IMG/VR virus record: IMGVR_UViG_3300025917_000002 | Coordinates: 1 to 64,000 of that record | Direction: 5' to 3' (one strand) | Length of the DNA stretch: 64,000 nucleotides | Origin: a virus | Shown here: piece by piece, positions 1-7,561 of the stretch | Layout of the letters: every line of letters starts with the position of its first letter | Position numbering within the stretch: position 1 is the first letter of the stretch | Position numbers and translations under genes: made by a program | The notes under the pieces: generated by a model | Told to the model about the DNA's origin: nothing | Database searches by the model: none | The model's input: the letters and a program-made list of their open reading frames with translations, nothing else

Positions 1-564
1 AAAGGGGCGGAGCGAGTCGGCACGATAGCCGGGCAGATCGTATCAAGCAGGACCATACCTGGGTTTGTTCGAGACGTTGCTCGGCTCGCGGACGCAGGGA
101 AGGATCGCGAGCAAAAGGGCTTCATGGGGCCGATCAAGGGCAGTATACCGGGTCTGCGGCAAACGTTGCCGGAGCGGCGGGTTGGCACGGGGGACTTGCG
201 CCGGAAGGCTATTGATGCGCTCCGTAAGGACCCCAAGGATACGAAGATACTGGACGATGCGATCACGGCGGGTAAGCTCCGGTCCCAGGACCGGGCGGAG
301 ATTATCGCTGAGTCGAAGCTCAAGCCCTTGCAAGTGGAGTTCAAGCACAAGCCGCTGGAGGAAAAGCTGAAGGCTTACCGGGGCTACGATCAAGCTCAGC
401 AGGACGAAACGAGGCAACTGCTGGTAGACTCGTGGGCGGAGGCGACCGGGGCAGCAAGACGGAGCCCCAAGACCGGGAAGATGGGGGAGCGGCGGACGCC
501 GAGCGCACCAGCGGCGCTGCTTGAGAGGCTTCGCCGGGAGTACGCAGCAGAGCTACCCCAATGA
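1..564 (+). CDS. C-terminal part of a large protein, probably internal virion/ejection protein (5' truncated by window)
   Basis: Frame of ORF 124..564 is open back to base 1 (KGAERVGTIAGQIVSSRTIPGFVRDVARLAD...IPGLRQTLPER); lies just before the lysis genes. Confidence 0.55.
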   Translation, partial: KGAERVGTIAGQIVSSRTIPGFVRDVARLADAGKDREQKGFMGPIKGSIPGLRQTLPERRVGTGDLRRKAIDALRKDPKDTKILDDAITAGKLRSQDRAEIIAESKLKPLQVEFKHKPLEEKLKAYRGYDQAQQDETRQLLVDSWAEATGAARRSPKTGKMGERRTPSAPAALLERLRREYAAELPQ

Positions 565-1049
565 GCGACACGACCTTTCAAGTGATAATAGCAGTAATAG
601 GCATCGCTACTACGCTAGTACTGGTCAAGCTCGGCCTATGGATGTTTAGGGCAGCAGTCCGCGAGGCGATCGCTCCGACCCACGCGCGGGTCGTCATACT
701 GGAAAAGCACGAGCGGTTGATCTGGAACGTAGCGATGCAGCGAGCCTTCGAGAAGCTGCACCACGCGGACCAGCCGGTCTTTGACACACTGCTGGAAGCG
801 TTCCGATCACACGAGATGACTGAGCAGCAACTCGTCCAGTTTATCGAGCGGTTGAGCATACTAGTCAAAGATACGTCGCAGAAAGAGCGGATACCTTCCG
901 CGAATCTGCTGCTAGAAGCGGCACTATCAGAATACGAAGCCCGGCTCGGCTTCGGCGGCGAAGTGCTACGCAGCGCCAAGACCGACAAAGAGAACGTGGC
1001 GGCTGGGCAGTCAATGGCCCAAGAGGCCGGTGATAAAACGGAAAGCTGA
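561..1049 (+). CDS. Membrane-anchored hypothetical protein
   Basis: ATGA overlap with upstream gene; N-terminal hydrophobic helix. Confidence 0.6.
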   Translation: MSDTTFQVIIAVIGIATTLVLVKLGLWMFRAAVREAIAPTHARVVILEKHERLIWNVAMQRAFEKLHHADQPVFDTLLEAFRSHEMTEQQLVQFIERLSILVKDTSQKERIPSANLLLEAALSEYEARLGFGGEVLRSAKTDKENVAAGQSMAQEAGDKTES

Positions 1050-1058
1050 GAACGATGG

Positions 1059-1241
1059 ATGCAATTAGAGATTCAGGTCATCATCTCTTTCCTAAGCGGT
1101 TTGGGGGCCGGTATCATCGGCTCATACATAGGCGTGAAAGTAGCACTGGCTGAGATGAGGTCTATTCAAACGGCGCAAGGTAAAACCATAGATGACCACG
1201 GTGAGAGGCTCAAATATGTGGAACGGAGGTCCCACACATGA
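1059..1241 (+). CDS. Small membrane protein, holin/antiholin-like
   Basis: One Gly-rich TM helix plus short coiled coil ending HGERLKYVE; lysis context. Confidence 0.5.
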   Translation: MQLEIQVIISFLSGLGAGIIGSYIGVKVALAEMRSIQTAQGKTIDDHGERLKYVERRSHT

Positions 1242-1699
1242 GACACCAATTGTGGGCCTTACCACGAGCGGATAAGTTACTGTTGGTTGCTGTGGCGATA
1301 ATCTTTGCGGGGATAGTTCTGAGCATTATGTACGGGCTAAGGCAAACAGAACTGGCGACGTTGCGGGAAGCGGCCCAAAAGCAAAGGATGCAGGAAGCCA
1401 CGGAGCGGAACCAGTTGGAGATCGGGAAGAACAAATTGGAGGCTGAGCTTGAGATAACCCGGCTGAAGAATAAGACCGCTGAGCTGTCCGCCAATCAGGC
1501 GCAGAACAATCTGAGAGATGTGAGGGCGGCATTATCGTTCGTGAATCAACAGCGGGTGAAGGACCAAAAGGAGCATGACAAGAAACTTCAAGGGCTTATT
1601 ACGACCAACCTTGATGCGTGTAAGCGTTGGCTTGCTGAGTGTGCTCGCGCTAAGCAGCTTCACCTTCGCGCAGCAGACGCCCCGTGCGAATGCCGATGA
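1238..1699 (+). CDS. i-spanin (Rz)-like protein, copy 1
   Basis: N-terminal TM, long coiled coil, Cys-rich C-terminus; overlaps next gene by 125 nt. Confidence 0.55.
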   Translation: MRHQLWALPRADKLLLVAVAIIFAGIVLSIMYGLRQTELATLREAAQKQRMQEATERNQLEIGKNKLEAELEITRLKNKTAELSANQAQNNLRDVRAALSFVNQQRVKDQKEHDKKLQGLITTNLDACKRWLAECARAKQLHLRAADAPCECR

Positions 1700-2060
1700 C
1701 GTAGGGCGGACGCTTTCGCGGTGCCTGAATGAGGTTGAGCGGCTGCGCGCTGATTGCCGGTCAGGTGAGGAAGTACGAACGCTGGAGGCTAAGCTGAAGG
1801 CAGCGGATGATATGCTCACGGTCTATAAAGAAATGGTCGCACGCGAGCAAGCGGAGACACGGGCCGAGGCTAATAGAGGAGCAGGGCGATACCTGGAGCA
1901 GCAGCAACAGATCAAGGGCTATGAGGCCCAACTGACGGCTACACGGGAGACGATCAATAAGGTATCGCGCTCCGAGCGCGCCTTGCGGCGATCCCGTAAT
2001 CTGTTTGTGGGGATTGTGATTGGGTTGAGCGTAGGGCTGGTTGGGGCGTTGAGTAAATGA
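1575..2060 (+). CDS. Spanin-partner-like secreted coiled-coil protein with C-terminal hydrophobic helix, copy 1
   Basis: Signal peptide ending FTFA/QQ in +1 overlap, coiled coil, C-terminal FVGIVIGLSVGLVGAL. Confidence 0.5.
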   Translation: MTRNFKGLLRPTLMRVSVGLLSVLALSSFTFAQQTPRANADDVGRTLSRCLNEVERLRADCRSGEEVRTLEAKLKAADDMLTVYKEMVAREQAETRAEANRGAGRYLEQQQQIKGYEAQLTATRETINKVSRSERALRRSRNLFVGIVIGLSVGLVGALSK

Positions 2061-2221
2061 GCGGTATTAAACGATTTGAGCGGAAGCGACCCGTAACTCT
2101 GTTAAGATGGTGGTGGGCCGGGATGACTTACGGGTGGAAGCGCCGACCATAGAAGCGGCGCAGTCGTTAAAAGCTAAAGGAATGGCCGTGGGCATCAGGT
2201 TGGGAAAGTGAAGAAGATCAA

Positions 2222-2803
2222 ATGCAAGGCGCAGGAACGATAGGGCGGATAAGGGCAAGAACTCGGGATGACAATACAAATATACTGACGCCAGTTGAGC
2301 AATATAATGAAGGTCACAAAGGGTGGCTAGTGGCAAGAGAATATCACTGGATTAAGGAGAGGTTAGGGCTGCGGACGGTCTTTATGTTCATCACCGCCGT
2401 TGCTGGAACCACGCTTGTCATAGTCCAGCTTGCAGCTCCCGCCGTTAAGCAAGGGGAGATCAACGGGGCTACGACCAGAGCTATAGACAATCTCAGCGTT
2501 CTTCAAGCGCAGGCGAAAGAGGAACAGGCAAAGGCGCTGGCAACTGCCACCGACCAGCAGGCTAAAGCGTTAGCCGATGCTCTCGCGCTGGTTCAAGCCT
2601 CCCAAGCCCGCATCGAAGCCGGGGTCAACCGGGCCATCGGGATCGCCGAGGAGAATCGCTCTGAAATCAGCCGTCAAAGCGAGCGTTCTGAGCGCCGTAT
2701 GGACAAGATCAGCGACAAGGCCGACGCCGCGTGGAACTGGATGTTGGAGCTAAAGGGGCGGGTTCAACAGGTCGAGGCGAAGCAACAAAAGGAGAACAAA
2801 TAA
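2222..2803 (+). CDS. Membrane-anchored coiled-coil protein
   Basis: Internal TM segment (VFMFITAVAGTTLVIV) followed by Ala/Gln-rich coiled coil. Confidence 0.55.
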   Translation: MQGAGTIGRIRARTRDDNTNILTPVEQYNEGHKGWLVAREYHWIKERLGLRTVFMFITAVAGTTLVIVQLAAPAVKQGEINGATTRAIDNLSVLQAQAKEEQAKALATATDQQAKALADALALVQASQARIEAGVNRAIGIAEENRSEISRQSERSERRMDKISDKADAAWNWMLELKGRVQQVEAKQQKENK

Positions 2804-3015
2804 TGCCGGGAATGCTGGATAGATCAACTCAGATAACCAACGAGTTACGTACTACACGGGCCTACGGGAGAGAGATTGAGGGAATGGACGCAAGCACGCG
2901 CAAAGCCGCCCTCACAGAGCTGCTCCCCGATCTGGAAAAAGCCGTCGATCTCGCCGCCCTCCAGCAGTTCAACGAGAAGGCGCGGCTGTGGATCGATAAG
3001 CACCCGAAACCCTAA
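2803..3015 (+). CDS. Hypothetical protein (70 aa)
   Basis: AAGGAG RBS and TAATG coupling at 2801-2805. Confidence 0.55.
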   Translation: MPGMLDRSTQITNELRTTRAYGREIEGMDASTRKAALTELLPDLEKAVDLAALQQFNEKARLWIDKHPKP

Positions 3016-3316
3016 TGTGCCGAAAAAGCCACGAGCTAACAAGGTATTGGATTGGGACAAGCGCATCCGCTTGCTTGAGCACCGGATTTCGCACGCAAAG
3101 CTGATGGGCGAGCACAAGCGCGTGATTGAACTGACGGCGCGGCTGGAACACGCACGGCGGAAGCGGGAGAAGGCATTGAGATTGCCGTAGCACCAATGGG
3201 TTTGTTGCGCGAGTGCATAAACCGGGGCATGCTCTGCTACGGCAATATTCCTTTAGTACCCGGCAACTTATGGTATACTGCACACTAATGCAGTTCGACA
3301 ACAACCGTGTGAGGCT

Positions 3317-3348
3317 GCGGGATGGCTGCCCAAGCTGTCCCGCTTTTT
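3317..3348 (+). terminator. Intrinsic terminator-like hairpin in leader of 3365 gene
   Basis: GCGGGATGGCT-loop-AGCTGTCCCGC followed by TTTTT; TGGTATACT extended -10 about 40 nt upstream. Confidence 0.6.
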
Positions 3349-3364
3349 CGTTTAAGGAGAGATC

Positions 3365-3859
3365 ATGGCAAAAGGTGAGTTTCTAGGACAAGGCGTTGTT
3401 ACGCTAGTCGGCACAGGGGAGTTTACGGGCAAGCAGCGCCAAGTTGCCCTGTTGACCGAAGACACGGGCGACGGTTCATACGTCGGTGTGGTGTTTCTGG
3501 AGTCGCATTTCTTCCAAGAGTATTTCAAGGGTGAGGGCAAGGGCCAGTTTTCGAGCCTCGGAAAGACTGCGACTGGCGCTGTCCCGGTGCGTGTTGCCGG
3601 GCTTCGTCGCTATCCCTATACGGAGCGACCGAACTACTGGCCGCAGTTCGTTCTTCCCGGCGAGGACACCGAGCCGCTAAGAGCGATTATGCAGGCGAGC
3701 GCGGATGCTTATCAGTCGGGCACGCCGATCGGTCAAGAGCCGGTGCATGAGGTTATCCAAGACCCCGAAACGGGCGAGCAGAGTTTCGACCCTGCTGACA
3801 CAAACAAAGACGGCATAGTAGACAAGGCTGAGCGCAAGGCTGCAAAGAAAAAGGAATGA
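3365..3859 (+). CDS. Hypothetical protein with C-terminal EF-hand-like loop
   Basis: TAAGGAGAG RBS; DTNKDGIVDKAE matches the 12-residue EF loop pattern. Confidence 0.65.
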   Translation: MAKGEFLGQGVVTLVGTGEFTGKQRQVALLTEDTGDGSYVGVVFLESHFFQEYFKGEGKGQFSSLGKTATGAVPVRVAGLRRYPYTERPNYWPQFVLPGEDTEPLRAIMQASADAYQSGTPIGQEPVHEVIQDPETGEQSFDPADTNKDGIVDKAERKAAKKKE

Positions 3860-4101
3860 AAGAGGAATGGAGCAAATGGGCGGCTGTACTTGTGCTGGCT
3901 CAGGTCGGTGGGCTACTCGCCTATGAGTTCTATGCTCTACGCACGTCAGGCGACTCGTGGCCTACTATAACCGCGATGAGCGTGGCGGTCATGAAGAAGT
4001 ATTGGTGGGCGCTGATCGCTATCCTGGGGACGATTATGTGGCTGTTCTTGCATCTGCTGGTTCGGGTGGTTAAGAAGCAGGAACCGAAACCGAAAGTATG
4101 A
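3856..4101 (+). CDS. Two-TM membrane protein, holin candidate
   Basis: Hydrophobic helices, basic C-tail, coupled to the endolysin gene. Confidence 0.55.
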   Translation: MKEEWSKWAAVLVLAQVGGLLAYEFYALRTSGDSWPTITAMSVAVMKKYWWALIAILGTIMWLFLHLLVRVVKKQEPKPKV

Positions 4102-4946
4102 GGAAAACCGACGCCGCAGGGATCAAGTTCATCAAGGACGCAGAGGGCGTCAAGCTCCGGGCGTATAAGGACAGCGGCGGCGTCTGGACAATCGGCGTCG
4201 GACACATCGCCGGGGTGAAGCGCGGCCAAGTCATCACGGATGAAGAAGCCGAGGAATTTCTGGCCGAGGACCTGGAGGACGCGGAAGCAGGCGTTGACGA
4301 TGCAGTAACGGTTGCGCTGAATCAGAACCAGTTCAACGCGCTGGTTTCGCTGGCGTTCAACATTGGGGTCAGCGCGTTCGCCCGATCAACGTTGGTCCGT
4401 AAGCTGAACTCAGGTGATTATCAGGGAGCTGCGGATCAGTTCTTGCGGTGGAACAAGGATAACGGGGCGACGGTGCCGGGGCTGACGAACAGGAGGAAGA
4501 AAGAGCGGGCGTTGTTTCTGAAGGCCGCGCCAGCCCTGAACGGGGAAGTCACGAAACCGGCTCCAGAAGCCGTTCCTGGGGAGATCACTACAGAGAAGAT
4601 TGTCACCACCACGGTCGATAAACCCGGCTCGACGGTGGTGGAGAAAATCTCAAGTTCGGTATCGACGCTTGCCGGAAACGAGCAGATCAAAACCATCGCT
4701 AGTGAGGGAGTGGGAAAGCTGGCAACCAAAGCAATCGGCACGCTCGCAACCGCTGGCACCGGAGCAACCGCTGGAGCGGCCACAGCAAGCAATCCGTGGC
4801 CGTGGATCATTCTTGCGATTGTATGCCTGCTGCTCGCGGCGGGCGTGGTGTTTCTCTGGATGAAACATAAGAGCAACAAGGAAACCAAGACGGCGGAGAT
4901 CAATTCAGACAAGGACCGGGCCGATATAAAGTTTGTGAAGTCATGA
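4098..4946 (+). CDS. Endolysin, GH24 phage lysozyme with C-terminal TM extension
   Basis: EGVKLRAYKDSGGVWTIGVGH (E-x8-D-x5-T), NQNQFNALVSLAFNIG, GLTNRRKKERALF; late hydrophobic helix. Confidence 0.95.
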   Translation: MRKTDAAGIKFIKDAEGVKLRAYKDSGGVWTIGVGHIAGVKRGQVITDEEAEEFLAEDLEDAEAGVDDAVTVALNQNQFNALVSLAFNIGVSAFARSTLVRKLNSGDYQGAADQFLRWNKDNGATVPGLTNRRKKERALFLKAAPALNGEVTKPAPEAVPGEITTEKIVTTTVDKPGSTVVEKISSSVSTLAGNEQIKTIASEGVGKLATKAIGTLATAGTGATAGAATASNPWPWIILAIVCLLLAAGVVFLWMKHKSNKETKTAEINSDKDRADIKFVKS

Positions 4947-5164
4947 CGCTCAAAGGCTATCGCAAGTTCTTATTCGCGCTCGTCGCGATGTTGCTGGCGT
5001 CGGGAATGTTGGCGTGGGGAAAGCTGGAATCAGGGAGCTACACAGCGATTATGATAGCGGCGATCAGTGGGTTTCTTGTAACTAACGCTGCGCAGGCGGT
5101 AGGGGTTAAGGTAGCAGAACGGCCAGCGGCGAAGCCAGCCATTGATGCGAGGTCACAAGGATGA
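4943..5164 (+). CDS. Holin-like two-TM protein
   Basis: RKFLFALVAMLLA... two TM helices directly after lysozyme. Confidence 0.65.
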   Translation: MTLKGYRKFLFALVAMLLASGMLAWGKLESGSYTAIMIAAISGFLVTNAAQAVGVKVAERPAAKPAIDARSQG

Positions 5165-5440
5165 GCCGACAAGAGCTTAAAGTACGGCTCACTATTCTCG
5201 AAGACTATCTTCTTGAATTTGGTCATTACTTAAATTATTCGGTGATGATTGCTTGGCAAGAATACGAACAAATCAAGAAGATGCTGGAAGGAACTAACAC
5301 AGGATTGCAAGGATGATCGCACGCATACTAACGCTGATCTGGCTTGCTCCCTTTATCATCCTTGGGCTGATTGGGGCTAGCTATGTTGCGTTCTTGGTGT
5401 TTGTCGTACCGTGGATGAGCGCGGTTGAGCTGCTGACACA

Positions 5441-5893
5441 ATGACCTACTCAGTAACCCAATTCTGGCAGTCCAGTAGCATCGGCTTAAAGCTCGCGCTA
5501 GGCATGGGCCTGCTGGTGGTTATCCTACTCACGTTCGGGACTACGAAATCATGTGTGAGTGCGTATAAGGACCGACAAGCGGATAAAGCAATCGCAGCGG
5601 CCCAAGCCGAAAGTACGGAGCACCGCAAACGGGCCGACGAAGCCGAGCTAAAAGCCCGACAGGATGAGGCGCGGCGAAAGGACAGTGATGCGAAGGCAGC
5701 ACTGGCGGAAGCAGCAGTAAACGCAGCTGGCGCTAAGGCCGAGGCAATAGCTGAAAAGGTGAAAGCCGAAGATGCGAAACTTACTGAAGAATTGCAGCGT
5801 GTTGGCGACGTTGTTGAGCCTTGCGAGCGGGTCCGCCGTGTTTGCGCAAGACTCAGGATCAAGGCCGAGGACTGTAGCTGCACAAGCAACTAG
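5441..5893 (+). CDS. i-spanin (Rz)-like protein, copy 2
   Basis: N-terminal TM, coiled coil, C-terminal CERVRRVCAR...CSC; overlaps next gene by 122 nt. Confidence 0.55.
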   Translation: MTYSVTQFWQSSSIGLKLALGMGLLVVILLTFGTTKSCVSAYKDRQADKAIAAAQAESTEHRKRADEAELKARQDEARRKDSDAKAALAEAAVNAAGAKAEAIAEKVKAEDAKLTEELQRVGDVVEPCERVRRVCARLRIKAEDCSCTSN

Positions 5894-6278
5894 ACAGCGC
5901 ACGGTGACGGTGCCGGAAGCCGTGTTTCTTGAGGGCGAGAAGGCAATCGTCGAGCGGGACCACCTGCGGACTACGGACAAGCTGAAGGATGAGCGGATCG
6001 CTGCGCAGCAGGAGCAACTGAAGGCAAAGGATGATTTGCTCAAGGTGAAGGATGAGCAACTGGCGCTTGAGCGGTCGCGGGGGGATAATTGGGCGAAGGC
6101 CGCGCTAGAACGGAAGGAAGCGATCGTGTTCGACGATAAAGCCTTTCAGATTCAGGGGGCGGACCTGTTGCGCGTGAGGGCTGAACGTGATTCCGCGCGG
6201 GCTGCTAACAAGTGGTGGGGTGTTGGGGGGCTTGTGATTGGGGCTGCGCTGGTATTTGCGCAGCAAAGGAGAAACTGA
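5772..6278 (+). CDS. Spanin-partner-like secreted coiled-coil protein, copy 2
   Basis: Signal peptide ending AVFA/QD in +1 overlap, coiled coil, C-terminal WWGVGGLVIGAALVFA. Confidence 0.5.
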   Translation: MRNLLKNCSVLATLLSLASGSAVFAQDSGSRPRTVAAQATRQRTVTVPEAVFLEGEKAIVERDHLRTTDKLKDERIAAQQEQLKAKDDLLKVKDEQLALERSRGDNWAKAALERKEAIVFDDKAFQIQGADLLRVRAERDSARAANKWWGVGGLVIGAALVFAQQRRN

Positions 6279-6279
6279 A

Positions 6280-6456
6280 ATGGAACTAAAAACAATCTTC
6301 TGGGTGCTGTGGCTGCTGTGGGCGATCTTCGGGGCGTACTCGGGTTGGGCAATGACCGGAGCCGACCGTGGCCGGTGGTATGGCAATAACCTGTTACTAC
6401 TGGTCCTGTTCTTTCTGATCGGCTGGAAGGTGTTCGGGTTCGTGGTGCAGGGCTGA
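6280..6456 (+). CDS. Small two-TM membrane protein
   Basis: MELKTIFWVLWLLWAIFG...LLLVLFFLIGWKVFG. Confidence 0.6.
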   Translation: MELKTIFWVLWLLWAIFGAYSGWAMTGADRGRWYGNNLLLLVLFFLIGWKVFGFVVQG

Positions 6457-6834
6457 GCCGATGACCAAGAAACAAGTACTCGAAGTAACCCGCCTGCGCT
6501 GTAGCTGGTGCAGAGACAAAGGCGCGCCGATTCACGGTAGCGGACGCGATCGCGCCGGGGGCTGGGCAGCGGGCTGGTTGCACAAGATCGGGCAGCGGTT
6601 TGCGCTCTGCCGTGAACAGCTTGGTTGGTACGAAGTAAAGTAGATGACCACCGAAGATAAAGAACTCACCGACTGGCGCAAAGCCGAACTGACCAAGTTG
6701 GCCGTCCAGCTCAAGATACTCAGGCGCAAGGCCGAGCAGGGCAAGGGCTGGCCGGGGATCAAGGATGAGATCGCGGAGAAAGAGGCCCAGTACAGGGCGC
6801 ATCTCGTGAGCCAGGATTTGGAGGAACACGGCGA

Positions 6835-7551
6835 ATGACTGTAACCATAATCATCCTAATCAGCGGCCTCGCCGCCATCGCGTACATTCTGTTGCGCAAA
6901 AGGAAAAAGCAAGCCAGCGCACCGCCTAAGCCCGTCGCTCCTGTTTCCCCAAACGACTGGAGGCCGATGCTTGGGGAAGCAGTGCCAGGGCCAATCAAAC
7001 GCACGCCGAAATACCGGATTCAGGTTCAAAGTAACGGGTTCGATGTGGTACGGCCCAAGCAGATCGACAAGACGGTTGAATGGCTGACGCAGCAAGGGGC
7101 AGCCCATCTGGTTGACCAGTTCATCGCTGCGGCTAACGAGGTGGAGAAGATACCGGAGTGGATAGACTCGGCTTACGATTTCAACCGGAACCAGTACCTC
7201 GCGTGTGGGGGCAAGTTCGCGTCGTTCATTTCCACGCATGATCCGAGCACTATCTTGGTCGAAATCGTAGCTACTCCGATGTGGGTTGAGTTCAACAAGC
7301 GGTGGGCTGGTGGGCTGGCGCTCTCCACCGACAAGCGGACAATCAGAATTGTTATCATGGCAGCAGGCGGGATGAAAGATGATCCGGCTACCATTACGAT
7401 CGAGGGGCCAGCTACGTCACATCTGGCACTGTTCAAGGGGTACATCCCGTGGGAGATAGGGAACATTCTGATGCTGCGGTACGGATACATGCCGAAGGTT
7501 ATTCCCGAACAGGAGTGGGGAGACAAGCCGCCTTGTTCTATGCCTCAATGA
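6835..7551 (+). CDS. Membrane-anchored hypothetical protein
   Basis: N-terminal TM, basic stop-transfer, Pro-rich linker; last gene of + block. Confidence 0.6.
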   Translation: MTVTIIILISGLAAIAYILLRKRKKQASAPPKPVAPVSPNDWRPMLGEAVPGPIKRTPKYRIQVQSNGFDVVRPKQIDKTVEWLTQQGAAHLVDQFIAAANEVEKIPEWIDSAYDFNRNQYLACGGKFASFISTHDPSTILVEIVATPMWVEFNKRWAGGLALSTDKRTIRIVIMAAGGMKDDPATITIEGPATSHLALFKGYIPWEIGNILMLRYGYMPKVIPEQEWGDKPPCSMPQ

Positions 7552-7561
7552 TTGAGGGGGC

